64,000 nt of DNA, taken from the NCBI GenBank assembly GCA_000934665.2, contig KZ538405.1:1-64000 (forward strand), read 5' to 3'. Positions within the stretch are counted from its first letter, which is position 1. Each line of letters begins with the position of its first letter. Shown here in pieces: positions 54,501-64,000 of this stretch. Source of the stretch: Catajapyx aquilonaris. Lineage: Eukaryota. The notes beneath the pieces are model-generated. The model made no database searches and was not told the origin of the DNA. It saw only the letters and a list, made by a program, of their open reading frames with translations. The position numbers were made by a program, and so were the translations under genes.

Positions 54501-57500
54501 GAAATATTAATTAGAATCAGCATGGTGTTACATCGGGTTAATTACATCGTTATTGATGGCGTTTAAAAAAAAATATATTTGGGAGACACTCGAGCACGTG
54601 GTCTGTCTGGAGAAGACTTAAAAGAACTCAGCGTGTGGGTGAAGTTTAATCATACAACAAGGGTCCTTTCCATGGGAATAAAAGAAGAGTAAATTGGCAG
54701 GGAGTCTCAGACTTAATTATAAAAGGAGATGCTCTACGTTAGATTTATAGGTGGTCTTTTTTTCTCTCTCTTTGAAGCTTATATTGGACTGGAAAGTGGG
54801 GTTTTAGAGGGTTGGAAAATAGTCTTGTTTTCACCTCGCGTATATATATCGGAATGAGCTGAATGTCGTTCCTCCCTGAGGGGGGCATGGCCGAGTTAAA
54901 TTAGATTCCTCCAGTTGCATTGAGTTTGCTGGAAAAAAAGGAAGGCCTGGTCGGACAGCTCTGTTCATTACCGGTACTGTGTTGTCGGATTAAAAGGATT
55001 GTTCGGGGGGGTGTTTTGTAATGAAGGTACAGCCTCTCCCCTGGAGCCAAGTTGACTATATAGAAGCAAGGTGTGTCTTCCTATACACAAAAGGGGGGAA
55101 TCTCAATTTGTAGTGATGATTAATCAGCAAGTGATTGGCAATTTCGGGCTGGTAGCTTCCGGTTTGAATGCATTATCAGGATTGCGGTGGTGACGTAATC
55201 TGAATTTGACTAGTGAACCCGTTGCCAAAATTTGGTAAAAACAGTTTTAATGAGTTGGCCCGCCGATTTACCATCTAGTACTATTTTTCGTGCGTAGATG
55301 GCGCATACTTCCTCTGCATACTCCTGCCATCTTCATACCGTGAGAGAGCAAAACATCAGACGGAGAGAATAAGCCTGTTAGAATTTAAAATAATAGGCGA
55401 CTATAGTCAAAAATTTAAGTTTTGAGATGAGGTATATGGTACACTGGTTGAAAGGAGGCGATATGTTTCGGTGTGGCAGGTTTAGCCAGAATTTTTTGGG
55501 CATAACTCTTCCGGGCTTTTGCGTCAGCACATCCAATTTTTTTGAAAAGGCTGAGAGTTGAGTTATAGTCAGGCCTTATCTTGCGAATAATTGGCCAATG
55601 CAGACAGGGGCCGGGAAAACTTATTTCAGCCATAAAGATTCGCTTATTGGTTCGTGGGGATGACGTGTGGTGAAATTAGTTTGGACGATTTTTTATATAG
55701 GCCTATTCTGGAATATTCTTCGTCGTGGCAACGCCACAATAACATTCGTTGGCTTTATTCGGCGTCATGAATATATCTGTTACATAATTTTCTTAGAAGA
55801 AAGTTTGCATCTTCAGTCTTTTTTGTGCCGGATAATTACTTTAACCAAGTTGACAGGGTTGTAATCCCACGTAATATCAGTACCTCCCTCGGAGGTCCTG
55901 CTTTGTGGAAAGTTTTAAATTGACTTGTAATCCCCATCGGTACTGATGGCACACCCATTTTTTAGCGTCGAAACTTCCTCTTTTTTTTGCAGAGGATTTG
56001 TCACCTCGGCAGTACATGAAATGCATCTCGGCATCACACACGTGTCGGTGTAAATTCACACTGCAAACCGATTCTGGGACTATTTGTCATGAAGCCCCCC
56101 CAAGGCTCGTCGGTTGATATGTCACACCGACCGACGGATTTTTTTCCACTCGGGTACACCCCAACGTAATCAGTCGGGGTGTCGCATTTCGAGACTAGCC
56201 CACCACACACACACACACACCCACACGAAAAATCCGGTAATCGAGTTCTCTGTACGTTGAGAGTCGTTGAGTCCGTTTCAATCAGGACACACATGATATG
56301 GTTGGTGTCCGGTTGAAAAAGTCAGGTCACGACCTTTCCTCTCGTTTTTTTTTTTTTTTTTGTGTAGGCATATACCACACGATGCGATCCATTAACTCCT
56401 TTCATCAATTCTAATGAAGGGCTAGTTTCACCGAGCTCAGCATAACTTATAACCTCGGTTATAAGAAGAATTATTGTCATATAGAGCAACCATTGTTGTC
56501 AACAATTAAAACTGATTATTTTTCCGCGCTCTCTTCGTCGCGTATAGTAAAGATCAGCTCATGAATCACGTCGAAATGAATATTTAAATATTAAATATAT
56601 AGTTTAAAAGACACTGCCATTAAATTTGATGAGTATTTTTGATTATCGTACGCTTTTTTTTTTGGGATTGTTATCCGGTCAGATTTATTCCACGCCCGGT
56701 ATTTTTTTTAATGCTATCGGTTATCGATATCGGATTTTGCGAAATTGCTCTCTCGCTCGTTTTGGCTTTACGTATGCTGTAATTTCGCGGAAACTTTTTT
56801 TTTTAAAAAAAAAAATCTCTTGAGCCAAGCTGCAAATCGCGATTTGAGCCATTGCAATTTTTTTTCTTAATATTTAAAATTTATCAATTAAAATTTTGCA
56901 ATGGTGAGAATTGCAAATCGATTCTTTTAAGCCCCCTTCCAGCGACCAAAAATGTGTCTTTATTAAAATGCCTGCGTCGCGTCTGGGAAGCTTAATTACT
57001 AATTACTGGCAGTCACTTAATGATAAAGGGAAAAGCTCATTACCCGACGAAACTAGTAGACATATTAATTAAGGCACATTTTGTATAAGGAAATCTGCAG
57101 TTTCACTCTCTCTTGAGGTCTTGTTTTGGTTACAAACAAGTTATATATGAACTAACTGTTTTGGGCAGCTTTGAATGACCTCACTCAAGGCCAAATATCT
57201 CAAAGTGATTTTTTTGGGGGGTACTGTGTGGGTGCCAAGAGATATGTGGGCTAAGGTTAGCAGCTGCAGGGTGTGTCATATTGGCCTCAAACTGTTCGTA
57301 GAAATAATATTAGATGAACAACTAGAAAAATATTAGTTTCGCTCGAATTTAAAAAGGGGGCAGGCCTACATAGCCACTCGCTTCGCTTTTTTCTAGCCCT
57401 GCGGCATGCGGTGGTGGAGGCCATAAACTCGGATAATCTGAAAGTGGTTGGAGATACCGTAAAAATGAGCTTTTGGCTGATTTGTATACACAATTGTTCA

Positions 57501-60500
57501 GTATACATTTGTATTGTTCGCTGCATGTTTGATAAGCATAGTATTTTTTAAAAACATGTAAACAGTATACGTAGGTACACCTTTTTTTTTTTCTGAGGAA
57601 GTTACTCAAGTCATGATCTGGCTTGGTGCCAGGTGACCTCCTCAGTGCGTCTCTATATGCATATGGAAAGGGCGGGGATTGGAGGTGTGATAGCCCGTTT
57701 CCTATGAATTACATAAAGGCTTATGACGTGCGTGTTTTGCTTTGACCAATTTTGGGGGCTCAGTCAGTGTGATGGTGACAAGCTAAATGGGAATGGTACG
57801 TATGTGTCTTCCAACATTTTTTTTTTTTTTTTTGCGAAAACTGATGGGAGAAATTATAAGCTTTTTTAAAAGTGGAGGTTATGGTTGTTGGTGCATCACA
57901 TTTGGATTCACACTCTGAGCATGTGCATGGAGGCGTGGACCGTTTCCGGACGGAAGTTTGGGCAAAATGCCCATGTTTTTTTGAGACACCTTGTGTTTTG
58001 TCGTAACCGGGGCAATCCTCTTGCGCAACCTTGCAAAAGAAGAGATTCGCATCTTTTTTGCCTCCATGCCGCTGTACGCATTTTGGCCATCTCCGGAGAT
58101 GAGTCAGTTGGTGCGACGGTAGAGGACTTGCAGGGTTGTAGTACTTGTGAGGTGACAGATTGCATGGGTCCGCAGGAGTGCAATGAGCTAGGAGGCCAGC
58201 CTGTGCATGGCGGGTTGCAGGGAGGTTTGTGGCACTGGCGCCATGGCGTCAAGCAGCAGCGAGAGTGCCGCTGCGGCCGCAGCCGCCATGGACGCATGTC
58301 TGAGGAAGGGGATGTCGCGGAGCATCAGCGACACAACCCTGCGACAACCCAGACCCAACCTGACCTTGCCTCTCCCTTCCGTCACCTCGCTCATGCAGTT
58401 CAAGGTAGGAACGCTCCTACCGTAGTGTCCAAGCAGAGGTGTTCATTGCATGCTTGTACATCCAACATGTTACTAACTCCTCCGTCCACTTACAGAAGGA
58501 GTTGAGTCTTTCACGAAGAGGTAGTCGAGTAGCCCAGAGGAAAAGTTTCATCGCCAACACCTCGCCAACATTGCCGAGATGCCATTCACCTGCTTCAGGT
58601 TGGTATCTTGTGAATCTTTGCACCCGTGGTACATTTGTGAGTTAAACGATTTGTCCCTCCACAGTGGGAAGCCCTCTCGAGAGCCCCAGGATGTCACCAA
58701 GCCAACACTTTGCATTTGCTTCCGTGAAAAGGTGAGTTGTGGCAAGGTGAAGTCTGGACGTGAATCTGACATTACTATTTTTTCCCAGGGCGGACGGACG
58801 GAGATGGTCTGTTGCGTCACTGCCATCCTCAGGCTACGGCACCACACCAGGGAGTTCAAATGTTTCGGTACGTATCTCTTAACATCGCGCACAGCCTATT
58901 GCGACGGAAAACTCCAGACAGTTTTGAAACTAATTATCTCGCAATTTGCATGAAAGGGGCTTGCATGCATAACGCACTTACAGTATTCAAATCAGTTTGC
59001 CCGGGACGTGCGTAGAGGAAGTCAATAGTTGGATTAAGATATTGTGGGGCTTCATTAATGTTTCCCTGGCAAAGTTCATACAATCCCTCGTTAAGCAAAC
59101 TTTACCGTTTAGATAATAAATATTCCAAAGGCTTCCCGGGTGGGTTGGGACTGAAGACTAACAGCAATGAATTAAGCACAAGTCAATCAGGAGCAATATT
59201 AATTAGTTGGGCACTAATTATAGCGGTAAGCCTTAGTTCCCATCTAGCATACCGGTGAAGTGAGCCATATTTATCAACAGTACGTCAGACTTAGAGTAGC
59301 TTTTGTAGCGACAAGAAGTATTTCTTAGTTAGACTCTAGAAATTTTATGCGATAGATATTTAACGTTCAGAGTAAATGGCCATTCTGTGCAAGACGTTGT
59401 TATCATACATTGTGATTACCCATTGTGGTGATTGTGCAATTTCTTGTTCGTGCAACGAGATCGTCTGTCACCGAGATTATTATTGTGTTATTAACGGAAC
59501 TAACAACGAAATGCTGCAGACGTCGCTTGAATTATAAGCGACTCACATCAATATCTCTCCGGTACGTCGTACGCAGAATGGCAGTAGCGATTAGTATTTA
59601 GCATGCGCCCAAGTTACCTTGCGTATAATTTATATTTAATTATGATTTTTTTTTATTTGAGCCCCATGAGGGGGCCTGTTTTTAATTTTCAGTTACAAAT
59701 CTCCCTTTTGGTTTTGGTACCCTGTGTTTCTTGAAAGAATGATGTGGTCACCCTTGCAGTCACAGTGCTCCAGCCAGGAGCGGCTTCACCAGCTGCCACA
59801 TGCACCCACAACGGACGAGCTCAGAATGCTCACCCGACACTTCTCCTCCAACGAGAGCAATCCAAGCCTCGGGGAGGAAGAGGGCGTAGGAGGTGGACGC
59901 AAATCACCCCTCCACAGACCCAGGTCCAGGAGTCTCAGGTAAAACAAAAGGAGGGAAGACGAGAAGGTTGTTGTCGCTTGGAAAAAAAAAAGAAAGGAAA
60001 CTATTCATCTATGTTGTCCTCCGTGGAATGTGAAGCTGACCTGTGAAGCGAAGGGTTTACTTTGAACATGCCCATCGTCTCGGATTGATAACGTTTATGA
60101 TGCGCACTGTCTGACGCTCGGCAGTCGTACGGAGGAGGAGAAGCAGTTCTGCCAAAAAACATAAACTTGCTGTTGTGTATGAAAACACTTGTCGGCTACT
60201 ATCGCACAAAGTTTAAATTCAAAAGATAGCTGCCGGACATCTATTGTTCAGTTGCTTATTCCGCAGACGGTTGAATGAGAAGATGGGCAGGTTAATTTTT
60301 TTTAAACGACTCACGGCCTAGGGGCAGGAAACACTCTGCTGTTTTTTAATTATTCGCTAATTGTAAGCGGATGTGCGAAATATTTCCTGACTCTAATCCG
60401 CTCGACTTTTTTTGTTTTTGTTTTTTTTTTTGTATAGAGAGAAAAAATAAGTCGAGGTTAAACGCCACGTAACTTTTTAAATAATATTTGGAGTGCTGTC

Positions 60501-63500
60501 AGGGACGATATGATGCACATTTTTATTAGCCTTTGCGTTTTTTCAATCTGTCTTTTCCGTAGCGAGATTATTATATAACCAGGGGTTTTTATCTCTCTCT
60601 TTCTCTTTCCTGTTCCGTTTTTGCTGCCGTGGGTTCCATGGCGCGTTCTCAGCTTGGCCTGGCTCTGTATCGCCACCCTAGAGTAAGGGGCCTTTCATCC
60701 ATTCGAAAAAAAATATATACTTATGAAAAAAAAATTAAAAGAGAAAAAAACAAATGCTTCCCTTTTTGGAAAATACCCACCGCATGTCACCGTTGTCAAA
60801 TTTGTGTTGATTTTGTTTTATTTCGTCAAATTTATGTTTTCACCCGCAGCCTTGACTGGAGTAGTAGTGGATAGTTTGTAGATATATATTTTACAAAAAC
60901 GACATTATGAAAAAAAATAGTGTTTTGTAGGGTAGTTTATTTTCCAGAAAAATGTGGCCCGTCATACTTTCAAAAAAAAATTTTGTTGACACAACACAAC
61001 TTTTTTTGTTTACTGCACTTTTTCTTTTTGCGTACACAAATTATTATTTTTTTTGGTTAGTGGTGGTGCATACAGATTTTTTCGTTTATTTTTTTGGGGT
61101 CGTTTGTTGTTGTTTCGGTGTAAAGTGCTTTTTTTTAGCTGTGTTGTGTGGGTCGCGTTGCTGGAATCACTTGAGAATCACAGCCGCTATTGGAAAAGCG
61201 CACGTACTCACGTCATTCCTTACACGCACTTTTGTCACTTTGCCGGTTCTCACGGAAACTGTGCGGCGACTCATTCGAAACATGTTCTTTCGCCCGCTTT
61301 TTGCAGTAGTCCCATTCGGTCACCTGTGATCGATAATGAAATTGTGATGATGAACACCCTGTACAAGGAGCGGTTTCCGAAGGCAAGTGTGATTGTAATG
61401 CGGTTGTACAAATGCGATGCTAATTTTCCGTGTGATTTGCAGGCCACGCAGCAAATGGAGGAGCGGCTCAGTAGCTTCATTGCGGACCATCGCACCTTGG
61501 AAAGCATAGGCGACGCAGCGAGCCTTCCAGCCGATTCCATAGCAATTGCCCGATTCGTGCACCATCAGGTTCTAGAGATGGCCCGAGATTGCCTCCAAAA
61601 GTCCCAGGAGCGGCTCATAACAAGCCGATATTTCTACGAGATGTCCGAGAACCTCGAGCGACTTCTGACCGAAACGAGGGAGAAGTCACCGGATGCTGCG
61701 GCTTATCTCACAGCCGTCATTAAGAAGCTTCTGCTCGTAGTGTCCCGACCGGCCAGGCTGTTGGAGTGTCTCGAGTTCGATCCAGAGGAGTTCTACCATC
61801 TGTTAGAGCAAGCCGAGGGTCAGGCCAAAGGAGCGCAGGGGATCAAGTCGGATCTTCCGCAGTACATTATCGGGAAGCTGGGGCTGAACCGCGATCCGTT
61901 GGCGGAACTGCAGCAGGATCTGAGCCAGTTGGACAGTCCGCAGAAGAGTCAGCAGGAATCAGTGTGTACGTCAACACCGAAGAAGGACGAGGACAAGAAG
62001 ATGCCGTCGGAGGAGGATTTCGATGTGGTTAAGCTCGTATCGAACGGAGCGTACGGTGCAGTGTACCTAGTACGACACAAGGAAACACGCCAGAGGTGAG
62101 CAAACTCGTTAAACCGTAATCGACAGCATTGTAACAACCTTAATTGCAGGTACGCAATGAAGAAGATCAACAAGCACAATCTGATGCTCCGGAACCAGAT
62201 CGAACAAGTGTTTGCCGAGCGTGACATAATGAGCTTCACGGACAACCCATTCGTCGTTAGCATGTACTGTAGCTTCGAGACCAAGAAGCACCTCTGCCTG
62301 GTGATGGAGTACGTCGAAGGCGGCGATTGCGCTACGTTGCTCAAGAACATGGGACCATTCCCGGCGGACATGGCCAAGTTCTACTTTGCCGAGACGGTGT
62401 TGGCCGTGGAGTACTTGCACAGTTACGGGATCGTGCATCGGGATCTGAAGCCAGACAAGTGAGCATAATTACGCCGACTTAATGTCGATACAAAAGTGCT
62501 CATCCTCATGTATATTCCAGCTTGCTCATCACTCTTCTTGGCCATATTAAGCTGACCGACTTTGGGCTCAGCAAGATGGGGCTTATGTCATGTAAGTTTC
62601 TGAGAACCGTGCGTTTTAACGTCGACTAACTGTGCCATTGCTTTCAGTGGCGACCAACCTGTACGAAGGGTATATCGACCGTGAGACGAGACAGTTCTCG
62701 GATAAGCAGGTGTTCGGCACTCCGGAGTACATAGCGCCCGAGGTGATTCTGAGGTAAGTTTTTGCGTATATGCGTCATGTTCCGTTATGACCGGTTTTGT
62801 CTTGCAGGCAAGGCTATGGGAAGCCGGTGGACTGGTGGGCTATGGGGATTATCCTGTATGAGTTTCTGGTCGGATGCGTTCCCTTCTTCGGCGATACGCC
62901 CGAGGAGCTGTTTGCTCACACCGTCAACGATGATATTGAGTGGCCGGATGACGAGGAGTGGCAGGTTCAGCCGGAAGCCAAGACTCTCATAGTTTCACTG
63001 CTGCAGCACAATCCACGCGACCGGGTGGGCACAGGCGGATCAGCGGAAGTGAAGGAGCATCCGTACTTTGATGGGCTGAACTGGAACACGCTGCTGCGAC
63101 AGAAGGTTGAGTTTGTGCCGCAGCTGGACCACGAGGAGGACACCAGCTACTTTGACAGTGAGTGTCGTTTGTGCGATTCATTGAAATCGACACGCGATTC
63201 TGCCAATGTAGTTGGTGAAGCTTACTAACCAGCAATTTTTTCCGCAGCTCGTGTTGAGCGTTACAACCACGATGTTGGAGAGGACACGGATGATATGGAT
63301 GAGTCGCCATTGTTTGGATCGTTCTCATCCTGCTCTCCTCGTTACGGCAAAGTTCAGCCAGGGCGTACCTCCTCGTCATCAACGAGTGGCGGCGGCACAG
63401 TGGGTCTTGCAAGTAGCAGTGGAGAGGACCGAAAGCCAGTGTCCCGAGGTGATTCCGGGCAGTCCGATCAGTCGGCAGAGTCGTCGCCGTCAAACTTGGA

Positions 63501-64000
63501 TAGCTCCGGCCAGACTCCGGACACTGCAGAAGGTCTACGGAACATATCTGGCGACTCGGGCGATTCGCCGGCCGCCTCCAGCAAGCCACTGCAGAGCACG
63601 CCAGAGTCGAGCCAAACTGAGAGCGAGGAAGTGTCGCCCCAGGTACAGCGAAGGAGGAGACTATGCAAGGAGAAGGAGGTGCTGCCCCGGTTTTCAATCT
63701 CAATCGATGACGAACACGGCAGCCTCGGGATGCAAGACGCTATTCGGGAGCTGTCGCCTGTGGACGAGACGGGCCAGCAGGTGTCTCGAAACGTGCGGAT
63801 GATATCGCCCGGGATCAAACGTTCACGTGCTGTGATCAAATCTGCTTCGGCGTCCGGCCTGTCTTTGATGATACCATCAGACGAGTGTCCACCGCAACCG
63901 ATCCAAAGCCCTGGAGGATCAAGCACTGCCAGTTCCAGAGATACGAGCCCATGCCGCGAGCTAAGTCCTCTTGTAAATAGCCTCAAGCCGCCAGTCATTA
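24528..64000 (+). CDS. MAST: Microtubule-associated serine/threonine-protein kinase (MAST family, dop homolog), multi-exon, 3' end beyond window; join(24528..24720,29645..29724,58496..58598,58665..58731,58789..58867,59760..59938,61307..61382,61443..62095,62150..62458,62521..62591,62648..62753,62808..63157,63248..>64000)
   Basis: The spliced frame is open through all 13 exons with matching intron phases. It carries MAST hallmark motifs [84 protein letters not shown] and kinase motifs [38 protein letters not shown]. Confidence 0.97.
28298..28469 (+). CDS. MAST: Candidate alternative first coding exon of MAST ([12 protein letters not shown]...VYRRTSS)
   Basis: Open frame from ATG 28298 to strong donor CAG|GTATGA in phase 1, matching the phase-1 acceptor at 29645 about 1.2 kb downstream. 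Confidence 0.65.
29645..29724 (+). CDS. MAST: MAST exon ([27 protein letters not shown])
   Basis: Acceptor ATTTCAG, donor ATG|GTAAGT, and the conserved MAST motif [15 protein letters not shown]. Confidence 0.95.
32428..32641 (+). mobile_element. MITE-like repeat copy 2, with ~33-bp inverted repeats
   Basis: TTCTCTCCGTCGGATGTTTGTCCGACCTGATAG (32439-32471) is inverted relative to CTATCAGGTCGGACAAACATGCGACGTGGAGAA (32578-32610). The copy ends with CCAAATTTGGCGATGGGTTCACTAGT. Confidence 0.82.
39458..39524. repeat. (TA)n microsatellite, ~33 units
   Basis: Uninterrupted TA run. Confidence 0.99.
41317..41392. mobile_element. Tiny Tc1/mariner-type MITE remnant (TA-CAGGGTG...CACCCTG-TA)
   Basis: TACAGGGTG at 41317-41325 and CACCCTGTA at 41384-41392, with TA duplicated at both ends. 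Confidence 0.6.
43434..43650 (+). mobile_element. MITE-like repeat copy 3
   Basis: TAGTGAACCCATTGCCAAAATTTGG ... ATAGATGGCGC ... CTATCAGGTCGGACAAACATCCGACGGAGAGAATAAGCCT. Confidence 0.8.
44163..44327 (+). CDS. MAST: Candidate alternative first coding exon of MAST ([26 protein letters not shown]...AVRPSQ)
   Basis: CCAAAATGG insect-type start context, GC-rich, and donor CAG|GTAGGC in phase 0 matching acceptor 58496. Confidence 0.62.
44676..45190. repeat. Degenerate direct tandem repeat (2 full units of ~230 bp plus a partial unit)
   Basis: ATCCGGTTGAGTTTAATGAACTCAACATTTT.GAGTGACTC at ~44831 and ~45063, with a weaker copy at ~44687. CTACAGAACA..GTA.AATGGCTGGAATAT also occurs twice. Confidence 0.85.
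48470..48780. other. Assembly gap (311 N) flanked by poly-C and poly-G
   Basis: N run between a C homopolymer and a G homopolymer. Confidence 0.99.
48806..49173. mobile_element. Foldback-type non-autonomous DNA element with ~30-bp TIRs and internal tandem ~128-bp palindromic units
   Basis: Left end CTCTCTAAAAAAATCGAGTGAAAATTTTACTC; right end GAGTAAAATATCACTCATTTTTTTTAGAGTG. Repeat units start at 48818 and 48946. Confidence 0.75.
55209..55380 (+). mobile_element. MITE-like repeat copy 4 (internally deleted)
   Basis: ACTAGTGAACCCGTTGCCAAAATTTGG ... GTAGATGGCGCATACTTCCTCTGCATACTCCTGCCA ... AAACATCAGACGGAGAGAATAAGCCT. Confidence 0.78.
58207..58404 (+). CDS. MAST: Proximal alternative first coding exon of MAST ([38 protein letters not shown])
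   Basis: In-frame TAG at 58189-58191 upstream of ATGs 58207 and 58243 (GCCATGG). Donor AAG|GTAGGA is phase 0, and a 91-nt intron with TACTAAC (58471-58477) leads to 58496. Confidence 0.8.
58496..58598 (+). CDS. MAST: MAST exon ([34 protein letters not shown])
   Basis: TACAG acceptor, CAG|GTTGGT donor, and the conserved RKS...SPTLPR.HSP motif. Confidence 0.95.
58665..58731 (+). CDS. MAST: MAST exon ([23 protein letters not shown])
   Basis: CCACAG acceptor, AG|GTGAGT donor, SPL.SPR motif. Confidence 0.95.
58789..58867 (+). CDS. MAST: MAST exon ([26 protein letters not shown])
   Basis: TTTCCCAG acceptor, TCG|GTACGT donor, hallmark [16 protein letters not shown] motif. Confidence 0.97.
59760..59938 (+). 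CDS. MAST: MAST exon ([13 protein letters not shown]...HRPRSRSLS)
   Basis: CTTGCAG acceptor, CAG|GTAAAA donor, conserved SSQE.LHQLP and RPRSRSLS motifs. Confidence 0.96.
61307..61382 (+). CDS. MAST: MAST exon ([25 protein letters not shown]), ending at a GC donor
   Basis: TTTTGCAG acceptor and AAG|GCAAGT donor. Removing 61383-61442 restores the conserved [15 protein letters not shown]. Confidence 0.93.
61443..62095 (+). CDS. MAST: MAST exon: DUF1908 helical region and start of kinase domain (Gly-rich loop SNGAYGAV)
   Basis: [71 protein letters not shown]; donor AG|GTGAGC. Confidence 0.98.
62150..62458 (+). CDS. MAST: MAST kinase exon (subdomains II-VIb)
   Basis: [32 protein letters not shown]; canonical splice sites. 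Confidence 0.98.
62521..62591 (+). CDS. MAST: MAST kinase exon ([24 protein letters not shown])
   Basis: DFG motif; TTCCAG acceptor, T|GTAAGT donor. Confidence 0.97.
62648..62753 (+). CDS. MAST: MAST kinase exon, activation segment ([36 protein letters not shown])
   Basis: GTPEYIAPE motif; TTTCAG acceptor, AG|GTAAGT donor. Confidence 0.98.
62808..63157 (+). CDS. MAST: MAST kinase C-lobe and AGC C-terminal tail exon
   Basis: [35 protein letters not shown] ... [22 protein letters not shown]; donor A|GTGAGT. Confidence 0.98.
63248..64000 (+). CDS. MAST: MAST exon: end of AGC tail and Ser-rich linker up to the expected PDZ start (truncated by window)
   Basis: TACTAAC branch point at 63223-63229 and CCGCAG acceptor. 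Frame open to 64000: [49 protein letters not shown]. Not in the supplied ORF track because it has no stop in the window. Confidence 0.95.

Noticed and set aside
56722..56729. TATCGATA DRE-like motif
   Set aside because: Single 8-mer about 1.5 kb from the nearest candidate start codon; plausible by chance in 64 kb.
57885..58505. 206-aa ORF overlapping the proximal first exon
   Set aside because: Different frame from the spliced MAST frame, no recognisable motif, and it runs through an intron. Best explained by GC-rich exon/UTR sequence.
61053..62099. 348-aa ORF taken as a single exon
   Set aside because: It joins intronic sequence, a 76-nt exon, a GC-AG intron and a 653-nt exon. It starts at a TTG in T-rich intron.
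61949..63998. Minus-strand and alternative-frame ORFs (142, 238, 196, 176 aa)
   Set aside because: Shadows of the GC-rich MAST coding exons, with no independent signals.

Overview
Eukaryotic DNA, not prokaryotic. It has spliceosomal introns with GT/GC-AG ends and TACTAAC-type branch points, (TA)n microsatellites and MITE-like repeats. The gene structure and TA-flanked CAGGGTG repeats suggest an insect, possibly a beetle (inference). Almost the whole window lies inside one + strand gene for a microtubule-associated serine/threonine (MAST) kinase, homologous to Drosophila drop out (dop) and vertebrate MAST1-4. I reconstructed 13 phase-consistent coding exons from 24528 to the window end (3019 nt, about 1006 codons). 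They encode an N-terminal Ser-rich region, a DUF1908-type region, an AGC kinase domain with its C-terminal tail and a Ser-rich linker. The PDZ domain is expected just beyond 64000. The first ~58 kb is mostly intron (one intron is 28.8 kb) carrying several candidate alternative first exons and one upstream internal exon with a SAM-like helical pattern. Splicing oddities include a stop-free 60-nt GC-AG intron, NAGNAG acceptors and a candidate 30-nt microexon. I recognised no CRISPR array, rRNA, tRNA or autonomous transposon. Most ORFs in the supplied track are spurious intronic or antisense frames. All calls are by eye; no database searches were run.
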